Source: Trichoplax sp. H2 | Lineage: Eukaryota | Assembly (NCBI GenBank): GCA_003344405.1 | Contig: NOWV01000017.1 | Location: forward strand, 496,001 to 560,000 | DNA: 64,000 bases | Direction: 5' to 3' | Shown here: positions 52,301 to 64,000 of the stretch, in pieces | Layout: each line of letters starts with the position of its first letter | How positions within the stretch are numbered: position 1 is the first letter of the stretch | Made by a program: the position numbers and the translations under genes | Notes under the pieces: generated by a model | Database searches by the model: none | What the model saw: only the letters and a program-made list of their open reading frames with translations | Told to the model about the DNA's origin: nothing

Positions 52301-55300
52301 TATCTATTGCATATTTGCCAATATGGATATTAATATTTTGTACTTTATACTTACACGAGTATTTCATGTACCGTCTGATTTTTTTGGTAATACCAAATAT
52401 CATTAGCCTCAAAGTAAATGGCCGTTTGCGTGGTTTTGCGATAAGCTAGTGAAAGAGTTATTTAATGTAGAATGGGAGGTTTGTCATCAATTTTTCTCGT
52501 CATAATTGATAGAAAGAAAATTTTACAGTACTGTATACTGTCTGTTTCATTTTATACCGAATGTTGTTCACAGTTACTAACAGTCAAAACAACATTGGCT
52601 ATAACTTAGGTAAGACAGGGTGCGGCTATCGGTTTACGTGAAATAATTAAACTTCATGGAATCAGAGCCGGTTATACAAATGAAGCCCCTATAGAAACGG
52701 TTAGCAATGAAGTTATCAACCGATTGACTCTTTCTAGTCACTTTTAAAGGCCTATAGCCTGATTTATTAATTCCCATATTATTATAGCAAAAACTTCAAA
52801 ACGCAACTTGGTTGTCAAAACTAGCACTCAAGCTCGTTTGCGTTCTAGCACTTGATAAATTTGGCGACTTCGCTTCGGATGAGGTAGAGAAATATATATT
52901 CTTAGAAATGCTGAGGTAAACGGCAAGTTCTATATATATATCTATCTTAATCATATAGGTTGTAGCTCCTGTCCGGGAAACCTGTGCTCAAACTCTAGGG
53001 GCAGCTATACACCACATGAGTGAAGACAATGCTAAACAAATTTTACATTTGTGCCTATCTATGCAGCAACATTCGAATTGGGAAGCACGACATGGTGGAT
53101 TACTTGGGATTAAGTATTTATTAGCGGTTAAACAGGTATACATATATATACGTTACAAAAAATATATGTTTACTATTAAAATAGTTGAAAATTTCAATAT
53201 TTAATCAATACCTGCAATATAATTTCTATTTAGTCCATAGTAAGGGAAGTTCTTCCGTCTATATTACCATCAATTCTTGAAGCATTAAAGGACCATAATG
53301 ATGATGTAAAAGCCGTTGCTGCCGACACTTTGGTACCCGTAACGCAACACTTAATTGAAACATTTCCAAACAAGGTAGATTTAATTTATAATTATTGTAG
53401 TTCTAGTATAATTATTATTTCAGTTATTGATATTTTATCATTAAAATTCTTTCAGATTACATCTATACTTAATATTCTATGGGATAGCGTTAAAAATCTT
53501 GATGATCTTACAACATCGACTAGCAGTATCATGACACTTTTATCGTCACTATCATTAAGAGCAGTAAAAGCAGGTTGCTTATCCTTACAACCTTTCCATC
53601 AATTAGTCCCAAGTCTTTGGCCACCAATGTCACATACGGTAGCATCAGTTCGTGAGGCTGCACTTGATACGCTTAGAACCTTATTAGAATCAAATGATAT
53701 TGATGGTAAGGACGAAATTATAATAATTCTAATTAATTCGCAGTTGATAGTATTCCATATGTCGTACGGTAAGATTTCGTTATTAATAAATTTCTATTAA
53801 ATTATCAGGCGAACCTCCAGTCCAGTGTTCATGGACACCTGATATAATAAATAAGACGCTTCGTTTTCTTTATCAGAGAATTATCCTAGAAAGTAATATT
53901 AAAATATTTGATATGTTACTTGATGTAAGTATTGGTACTGTATATATATATCATATTGCATATTTTGACTTCTACATATTGTTAATGATATGTCTAATTG
54001 TAAATTAAAAAATTAGGTTTGGCGGTCGTTTCTTATGCATTGCTCTTTATCTGACCTAAACTTTTCGTGTGAAAAATCCCTTAATACTTGGTTGTACTTG
54101 CTTATGACAAGACAGAGGCAAAACATTGAAGGTCATGTTTTACTCCCGACGAAAGAATCTGAACCGACCATAAATTCATTTATTGGAGGTTGCATCTCTG
54201 CTGATGATCCAACAACAATCGAAAATGCTGATACAAGAGCTCGATTCGGTGCTTCCAGGTAATCATTATAATATTATTTGTTAAATCAGTTCTGCTGTAT
54301 TGTCGAAATTGTTATTATCATTGTTTGATATTATTCTAGTAGCAATTTATAGTTTAGCTTGCATTTTATTAAATCGATTTTTTTAATTTAGGGCACTGGG
54401 CTATTTATGCTGTCATATTATGAAACTAAATTCTACTTCACTGTCCTATCGTATTTTAAATGAATTCTTAATGAGTGCGTTGAATACCAATTCTGCCGTG
54501 AATATTATGTGTACTAGTTTAGTCCTTTACGATTGGGCGTCTATTGCACGCAAGGAATACAATAGCGACTTGGTATGTCAGCGTTACTCGCAAATAAATC
54601 TAAGATTTATATTATAATTCTTTGATCGGTCTAACTAGTGTAACTTTTACAACCATGTAGGAAAAATGTTTCCCAAGAACCCTTACAAATAAATTGGCGT
54701 TATTGTTAAATCAAGAGCCTGGCATCTATGACGAATTATTCACTATGAATGATAGTATGCAGACAGGAACCAAGGTAATTCATATTAGTTCAATTCTGAT
54801 AGCGTGATTTCAACTTATAATGATATTTTAAATAATTTCGGGACGCTTTAGGCTGTAGCTATACATCTCGTTAGAGCTGGCTTTAGAGATAGAATAAAGA
54901 TACCTGCTGGGTTTGTTTTTATTGCTGTTACTAAATCTGCGATATGTAATTTTTGTTAGTAATTAGTGATAGTTATTAGCATTAATTTATTATACTCTTA
55001 TGAATTTATCCATAGGGAGTTTACCATTGATGAGGCGATACGCCTTTGCAATTTTGCTATTAGTGAGGCTAAAAGCAGTAAGGTAAGTAAATTTTACATT
55101 TAAAACAACTAATAATTATTTCACAAACGGTGACAATATGTTTTACTTTTCGTATGAAAAATAATTAAACCGTCTCCCTTAGTATAATTGACTGTATCAT
55201 TGGATCTTTAGGAAATTATCAGCAAAGTTAAAGCACTAGTTCCAGTCATAAACGATCTAAAATTAATGATGGATAGATGGCGAACAAAGTAATACGATGA

Positions 55301-58300
55301 CTTTTGTTACATTGATATCATACAAGAAGAGCTTGTCATTAGTTAAAGATATTATTCCCTTTTAGGGTAGAAAGTGTTATTGCTGGTGCTTTGATCGCTT
55401 GGGGTCAATTGACGGAAAAATTCAATCCGATCGTAAGACCTTTAATGGATTCTATAAAGAAAGAAGATAATCAACTTTTTCAAGTACGCACAGTAATTAT
55501 ATTACTTGATGGCATCTTCTTTCATTAGAAAAATTCTTTTAGTTTATTCATAAAGTCTTACTTTTACTTTCTATGTCTACTTATCAAAAATAGATGAAGG
55601 CAGCAAATAGTATATCCTTATTGCTTGAAAAATGCATTAACCGATTACCATGTCCGAACCCCAAAATATTCAAAAATCTCTGTAGTCTTTTGTGTACGGA
55701 TCCGAGTAAAACTCCAGATGTTTCAAATTTTTGGATTCTTCAAAATTTACTAGCATCACCTGTAACCGGCAAGCCGAGTACTCCAATCTCTCCTGCTACC
55801 GCTAGTCCCTTTGACGTTTCATTTACATGTAACAAGGAAGCAGGAATTATAACATTATTTAATCAACATAAGGTACTATATTTATTCTTCCATAAATTTT
55901 GATCGGTAGCAAAGTACATATACACTTGAATTTATTACAGGATGCTGTACTAACTGCTGGTACAGGAAGAAAGTCATCCAAGATCTGTAATGTATCTTCT
56001 CCTGCGATTGATTTACCAATGTTGAATTTCGCTGATAAAGATGTAATAACTGAGTTGTTCAAGTAACAATAAATTATTTACGATATATTTGCGTATAACA
56101 TGATTGTATTCACTTTAAATTCAATTATAGTCTAATCAAGTTCAGATTCAAAGAATAGGAGCGGAGCGAGCAGTGACAACTATCGCGCGGTACTTTGGTA
56201 GATCGCTATTTGAGAAATTGCCGTTCTGTTCAAATCATTTAATGGTTCCTTTAATGTCTCCAAAAGATGCTTTACACGAACTTGGTAAGCTGAACTTTAT
56301 AGATTAACGTACTATTATTGCTGAAGCTAATATAACTGAAACATAATTGCAATCGCACGTTAGATTTTACCAAATATAAAGAAGATGCTGCATCTCAAAA
56401 AATTGTAATAGCACTTCAGATACTAGAAGTGCTGGCACCATCGATTGATGCTTCTTTACATGAAAAGGTAAAATTGGCTTTCGTTCCTTCATTAGTCCAA
56501 ATCTTTTTTCGAAATTAATCAACATGTATAATTTTAAATCAATGTCAAGGTCTTGAGGTCGCAGTATCAACAAATCTTGCACTGTGCGATTTTTCCCTAT
56601 ACAGCTGTGCGACATTTAGCAGCTCGCTGCTTAGCTGTTTTGGCAACGCTGGATTTGGTTGGAGTCATGGATATGATAATTAAAAAAATCATACCAGCGC
56701 TTGGTGATACTGAACGTGATGCTTTTAGGGAAGGGTCTATAGAAGTTATAGCTAGTATCCACGCTTTCATAATAGATTATTGAGTGCTTATATAATTGCC
56801 ACTTATGGCATAACTAAGAAGTAGAAAAGCTTTTAAAAATAAAAATTAACGTTTGTCGACAATCGTCCCTTAACTATTAATCACCAGACGTAATTGATAA
56901 ACTGAGTATTGGAGTGGTGCCTTATATTGTTTTATTGGTCATCCCCGTCCTTAGCCGAATGAGTGATCGGTGTGAATCAGTAAGACAGATGGCATCACAT
57001 TCGTTCGCTACATTGATTAAATTGATGCCTTTGGAGGTGTGTATGTCTGAGATATCAAATCAACCCAATAGTATGAGATTCATTATAACTTATCTTTGTA
57101 ATAATAACTTCTAGGCTGGTACACAGGACCCTGTCGGTATGGATGAAGCAACGATTAAGCAAAAGAAAAACGATCGGATCTTCCTTGAACAGTTACAAGA
57201 TACTAGCAAACTGAATAGTTATTCTATTCCTTTTCAAGTTAAAGCAGATCTTCGCAAATACCAAAAGGTGGGTTGATTTTATAGATATCAGGCATCATAT
57301 ATCATCTGTCAGGGTATACATTTATTGATATTAACTTGTAATATTAATATTCTTTATTGCATTAATAGGACGGTATAAATTGGCTTGCTTTTTTAAACAA
57401 ATACAATCTACACGGCATCCTGTGTGACGGTGAATTTTTGGTGCATTAAACCTATTTATTTCGAATTTTTAGCTAGAGGAAAGTAACTTTTCATTCTATC
57501 TCATTTAGATATGGGGCTTGGAAAGACCTTACAGGCTTTATGCATGATCGTTAGTGATCATATGACAACTGACGCCAAGTACAAGGTAAATTGAATTCTA
57601 AAATTTTATCGATATCTGGCTTCATGTGGCCAAATTAAAATTATGTAACCATCCGTTTTTGTTAATAAACTATGATTGTTATCTATATACGTATGTACTA
57701 TAGCTGGATAAAAAAACAGAATGTAGGCCACTACCATCATTGGTTATATGTCCACCAACGGTGGTATATCATTGGTGTGATGAGGTTGTGAAATTCTGCG
57801 GCTCAAATCTTATGTCCCCTCTACCATTCATCGGTACACCGCAAGAACGTGAAAGGTAAATGGAAGGAAATGAATACGATGTCAGAATCCATATTAAAGA
57901 TACAAAATATTCTATTTTTTTTGCAGCTTGAAGAAGAAGGTCACTTCGAAAACTTTGGTTGTTTCATCTTACGATATTGTAAGAAACGAGTCAAACTTTT
58001 TTACGTAAGTAATGATAGTGTACATTTTATTCGGCGTATAGATATGATAGAAAAGTAGATATAGCCTTTGTACATTTCTGTTATAAGCATCCTGTCTTGT
58101 TTGCAGGTCTAGGAATTGGAATTATTGTGCTTTAGACGAGGGTCATATTATAAAAAATGGTAAAACCAAGGTATTAAATGAAATTAATTTAGATATTCTT
58201 ATTTGTTAAATTAAAATAAATGTAACTGACAGAGTGTAATAGTTTTGAGATTCAATTTTACAGTTGTCAAGATGTATAAAACAGGTGCATGCCAAGCATC

Positions 58301-60437
58301 GATTAATTTTGACAGGAACACCGATACAGGTCATTAATAGTATTTCTTAAGATGACTGAATAAGGAGTCAATGGTTTTTATGTAACGGTTATTAAGTCCT
58401 TGTAATTTTGCACTGTAATATTATAATTTTGTATTTATTACAGAATAATGTTCTGGAATTATGGTCGCTATTCGATTATCTTATGCCCGGCTATCTTGGA
58501 ACAGAAAAACAATTTAATGTTAAATATAGTAAACCGATCTTATCAAGTAGAGATGCAAAAGCTAATTCAAAAGAGCAAGAAGCAGGTGCGTAGCAGTTTT
58601 TCCTTATTCCTGGCTATTTTTTCACTTTCGATTTGGTAATGAATTCTTATTCACTTTTATAGGTGTTTTAGCTCTTGAATCTTTGCACAAACAAGTTTTA
58701 CCATTCATTCTAAGGCGTATGAAGGAAGATGTTTTACAGGATTTACCTCCTAAAATTATACAAGATTACTACTGTGAAATGACTTCGTTACAGGTTACTA
58801 TTTTGTCTTCATAAGATTGTCCGACTTAGGGCTTTTAGCGCTTCATGTCATGCTTTAGGTTAAAAGTAACTGTTCTATTTAAATGGTTGACTTCAAGTAT
58901 GATAGATTCCTTAGAATGCTTGCCTAAATCTTCAATCTAAATTTTGCATCATTCTTTAGATGGAATTGTATGCTAACTTTACTAAATCGAGAGCAACAGA
59001 TGAATTAGATCTTGACCTGTCGTCACTGGAAGAGAGTAAAAAAGAACCCTCAAAGATGCATGCCTTTCAGGTAATATTTTAGCAATATAATTATAATTCC
59101 ATGACTATACTCAATCTGGAATCTATTTTTATAGGCTTTACAGTATCTTAGACTAATTTGTAACCATCCAGTACTCGTTCTTAACGAGAAGCATCCTCAG
59201 TATTATGAAATAACATCAAGGCTTAGTAGAGAAAATCTAGAGCTCTCAAGTATTCAGCACTCTGCGAAGCTGATGGCCTTGAAGTATGTGTTAAATATTC
59301 TTCCGTAAATTTGCAACTGTAAGCATTAAACAATCAATATGGTACCTCTGTGATTTTCAACAGGCAACTTTTATTGGAATGCGGCATTGGCATACCAACT
59401 ACTAATGTCGCTTCTGTGTCAGTGATGCCTGTCGTGGCTCAACATCGTGCACTCGTTTTCTTTCAAAGCAAGGCTATGATGAAATTAGTTGAAGAAAAAT
59501 TATTTAAGTTAGTACCATTGCTACGACTGCAGCTTGAATATTGCGCTTGTATAAATGATTATCTCAATTTTTAAGGGATAAAGATTCGACTGTTGCCTAT
59601 GTCAAACTTAGTGGAGATGTCAGTATTAAAGAACGGGCAGAAATTGTATCACGGTACGTGACAAATTCATATAAATTATTATAACGTAGTCTTTATTTCG
59701 TTAGCTGTTAACTTCAACAGGACAATCTACTGATAAAAATTTAAACTTTTGGGTTATCTACTACGACAGATTTAATAAAGACCCCTCTATAGATGTTATG
59801 TTATTAACAACGAAAGTGGGTGGAGTGGGACTAAATCTCACTGGGGCTGATACTGTAATATTTGTTGAACATGATTGGAATCCAATGGCTGATGCTCAGG
59901 TCAGTAACTATGTAATCTGTCTCAAAATTTAGTTTCCCTAGGTATAAAAATAGACGATACAATACATACGCATCCCCTTACGAATCGCATTCTATAGGCA
60001 ATGGATCGTGCTCATCGTATTGGCCAGAAAAAAGTTGTTAATGTTTATCGGTTAATAACTAGGAACACATTAGAAGAAAAGATCCTAGGGTAAATAATTT
60101 AACAGAATGGAAAATAATTAAATACTATATGAGTCTAATGGCCGTTTTCACCATTCGTAGATTACAAAATTTTAAGAGCAAAATAGCTAACACAGTTATT
60201 TCACAAGAAAATGCCAGCTTGATGTCTATGGGAACGAATCAAATTGTAGACTTATTTAAATATAGTACTGAAGAAAATTCGATAGAAAGTAAATCAAAGC
60301 AAGGTGGTGAGAGCAAAAAGAAGGAAAATGTTAAAGCTATTTTGAATAATCTAAGCGATTTATGGGACGAAGAAGAATATAAGAAGGAATTTAATTTATT
60401 TAAATATATTAAGAATTTTGAGGATAAGGAGGCTTAA
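49359..60437 (+). CDS. BTAF1: TATA-binding protein-associated factor 172 (BTAF1/Mot1), SNF2-family ATPase with HEAT repeats, many exons
   Basis: Spliced N-terminus [55 protein letters not shown]. Also [25 protein letters not shown] and [13 protein letters not shown]. Helicase motifs [42 protein letters not shown] and [35 protein letters not shown] are present. Stop TAA at 60435-60437. Confidence 0.97.
49830..49945. repeat. TACAG/CTGTA tract in a 5' intron of BTAF1
   Basis: cagtactgtacatacagtacactgtactgtaacctgtactggacggtacagtacagtacagtacagt, immediately after the donor at 49814. Confidence 0.9.
56755..56887 (+). other. Putative U12-type (minor spliceosome) GT-AG intron in BTAF1
   Basis: 5' site GTATCCAC; branch-point TCCCTTAAC at 56866-56874, 13 nt before the intron end; no polypyrimidine tract. 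Splicing restores the frame ([25 protein letters not shown]). Confidence 0.8.
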
Positions 60438-62239
60438 AACCTCACATCATAATAAGTACATCCTGACAATCTTTGTATTAATTGATATTACTGTATATAA
60501 CGAGGTTAAGAAATGTATGGTAATCTACTACAGTTAACAATTTACTGTCCAGTTTATGGTGACTGATAAATTCAATAAAGTAACATCCGTTCTTATAGTT
60601 GAAGGCTGATGTCGTGATTTACAGGAGTAAATGCATCCAATCTTATTGTTGTTTTAAGTTGTGAATCTTTAGAAATCTATTCTTTGTTAAAATTTGAGCG
60701 TTCACTCTCATTCGTAATACACAGTAATTGTTGTAAACGCAGATTATTAATTAATTGAGGGACATAATCTTTTGCTCATCATGTTGTTATATTCCGTCCA
60801 GTATTAGTCTCAAAGTGTTATCTTCAACATTAATACATCATGGTACTACAGAGAGTGAAATATTCGGTTAGGTTAGCGAAGTCTGGATAAAAAGGAAAAC
60901 TACGGGTTATTCAGTAGCCATTAGATGCCCACAATTATTTTCTGTGAGGTAGTCTATTAACATCATAAACTGATGGTTTAAAATAATTTGGTGATGTTTT
61001 CTCGGATATATCATAATTCTACTTTATTAAAAGAAATTTAACTTCTAGATTAAGTAGTTTTGATATTAGATACAATTGATTAAAAAATGTAATATTTTAT
61101 GTCAGAAAATATCTAAACCACTATGTTCCGTACTGCCTAATTTGTATGATTAGAACGATGTGGAGTATGACGTATAAAGATGTATGTAAGTATATAATAT
61201 TAGCCGCTCTGAAAACAAAATATAAGTTCAATAGTTCGACCTTTATACTCTCATAATACCTCAAAATAGCTGATAGGAAAAGTGTCATACTATCTGTTTA
61301 CAAGTAATATTAGCTGAAAAACGATTTCAATTTTAAAGACAGTAGCACATTAATAGCACCAAATTTATATAAAATGTAACTAAATGCTTGACTATTGATA
61401 TTAATATTGCCTACAGCAGACGGAAATGCCTTCCCTACATTCTTCACGATTCCAGTAATTACATTAGGCTAAGGTGATATCACTATTTTTTGTATCATTG
61501 ATACAATTGATCGGTATAAGGTTTAATAATGACTATATTTTCGATTAATTGTAATAGTACCATAATTTATGTGGTAATTAATAATATTTTCTGTAGAATA
61601 ATGCAATAAAATATGAGTAGACATACTAAGTTCTGTTTGCTACAATTAACGAATATATTTATAAATTTGAATCTAAATTTAGTTTGCAAGCAATTATTTT
61701 TTTCCTGTAATGTCTTTAAAGTGCACAATATTAGTTATCAAACTGATATTCTGTAAAGAAGTCTCACATCATCAAAACAAAATTTTTTCTTAGCAAACAT
61801 GATTAATGAGCTATTTTATCCATTACAATTAATTATTGATTTATAGTACAGCACTTTAAAAATGACTGTCTGCAACATTTTTACCTAATGGCATAACATG
61901 GGAGTACGATTTAATTAAATTTCTTTATTTTTTAACACTGGCCATAATTTCACTTTTCCTTCAAAATTTTCTTATTATACAGTTATTCTAAGAGGTTAAA
62001 CTCCGTTATCAATATGCTGTGGTATTTACTCCACTACGAATGTGTCCATAAAAATACTACCCTTTTATCTAATAGATTAGTATTACGTGTATTCAAAGGT
62101 TGATAATTTAATATAAGAGGATGAATAGTTAAATTAAGCGATGCAACAATCCACTGCTAATTTAATTTAATTACCTAACAAGATTTATTAATTTTGTATT
62201 CAAGGACGTAATACAACCTTTTATTGTTAGTTAACGGCT

Positions 62240-62470
62240 TGCTTTAAAATAAGTAAAATGTATGATACTATCCGTCAAAGTATGATATATCCATTTCCTT
62301 AGGTGAAATATAGATAGCATCGGATATCATTCAGTCTCATAACTTCAGTTAGCTTTAAAATAAATAAAATGTATGATGTTATTATACCTTAAAGTATGAT
62401 ATATCTGTTTCATACAAATTATAAATAGGATAGAATATCAATTTAGTCGCATAGCTACAATTAGCTTACT
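62240..62470. repeat. Tandem duplication, ~111-bp unit, 2 copies
   Basis: gctttaaaataa.taaaatgtatgat..aaagtatgatatatc at 62241 and 62352. Confidence 0.8.
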
Positions 62471-64000
62471 ACGCGCAATGTAAAGGATAATATGAATCGA
62501 TTTATATTATGTAGATGTAAACCGTTCAACAGCATGCTTGCCATTGTGATCTTCAATGCTATAGTTAGTGATGTGAATGCCAGCAAAGATTAAATTTAAA
62601 ACTTTATTAATTATAACTTATTCTATTCATGATCCAATTATACTATAGCTGAACCTGAATCCATTATCTAAATCAAGGAAGTAGCAAAGTTGGTATGGTG
62701 ACAATATATTGCACACCTAAAGATAGCAACGTTGTAGCTAGTATGTCTTAATTGCGCGTAGTAATGTAGTATTCATATACTGAAATATAAGTACGCGAAG
62801 GTATCATGAGGTAGGTGTTTGACTATTAATATCATAGGAAGCTACATATGAGCATGTACGCTAAATTTATTTTAATTTTGCCTTTCGAACGGACTATTTA
62901 TCATTTTTTATAGTTAAAACTACCATTCAATTTACTGCTGATATTACAATGTTAAACAAATCCTTATTAATATTTCATATTTGATTATGAAAATAGATGC
63001 TTCAGTTTAAATGCTTAGGTAAATATTGAATAAGTAACCAACTGACTTCTACTGTATTTTATGCAGCACCACTTTAACAAATTTTATTCACAGCTGCTTG
63101 TATACTTTACAATGTATTATGCATTTCTTCAGCGAATAGAATGAGGAAATAACCTATTAAAAGCAATATTTGTCACGATGACAATTTTGTATTTAGATTG
63201 GTCGATCATCGATTTTTGTTATACCAGTATGTTTAATCCGATTAAATGTAATCATGAAGTGAAGAAAAAAGAAATAAATAAATTTGACGCAATGCCTTAT
63301 GAATCAAGGATGGGATCAATAGTATGAACATTGCTAACTGTTTAATTAGCTAGCAATATTCCTCTTCAATACCATGATATTTATGATCGCTATTAATCTA
63401 TATCTCTATATCTCTATATTCGTATTGTAGCTATATCATTAACACCCTACAATTGAATGGATCACATTTTATTGCTAATTAATCAATACTAAGGGTAATT
63501 CTATAGTTATCCCATGGAATGGTTGCCTCAAGCAATGATTGCACAATCTAATTAAAGTTCAGTTAATTTTGTTTCTGAACTACACCGATATAGTATACTC
63601 GTATAAGCGACCGGAAATATGTCCAATCAGCTATTTTACAAAATGACTCCAATTTGGCTCATTTCTATTCTCGTAATGGTAAAGCACTGCTCATTTCTAT
63701 TAGGTTATGGCCCGTAAATTTATGAAATGGACGTGGAGTTTAGAATATGAAACTAAAATCGCTATACCGATTTGCTTTGCCATGACCATGAAACAATGTT
63801 GATGGTAGTATCTAGGCAACGGGTATTGCAGCTCAGCCCACGTTGGTTTTCAGTTGGCCTTCCTAGTGAATTGTAGGAAAACTATTGATTGCTTCGTATG
63901 AACAATACTCCAGTACTATACCGTTGATAGTGTTAGAGTATCCACTGTTGTAGACGTCAACTATGTAGTAGAATGCTTGCATGGCAACGCCATGCAAGAG

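Overview
AT-rich eukaryotic genomic DNA with compact GT-AG introns. It looks like an early-branching animal; a placozoan (Trichoplax-like) origin is my inference from composition and gene structure and is not proven. Four protein-coding genes are supported: CLUAP1/IFT38 (+, 1845-4630), casein kinase 1 delta/epsilon (+, 8445-13344), an orphan class A GPCR with degenerate activation motifs (-, 21517-22626) and BTAF1/Mot1 (+, 49359-60437). The GPCR sits in ~34 kb with no other recognisable coding gene and many unrelated, degenerate 85-200 bp tandem repeats. The most striking unexplained structure is a set of dense, palindromic TACAG/CTGTA 'islands' directly upstream of all three housekeeping genes. 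Other notable items are a ~880-nt AUG-free leader on the GPCR, a U12-type intron in BTAF1, a 184-bp hairpin element, telomeric hexamers upstream of BTAF1 and RFX X-box-like motifs. All readings were made by eye, and repeat boundaries are approximate.
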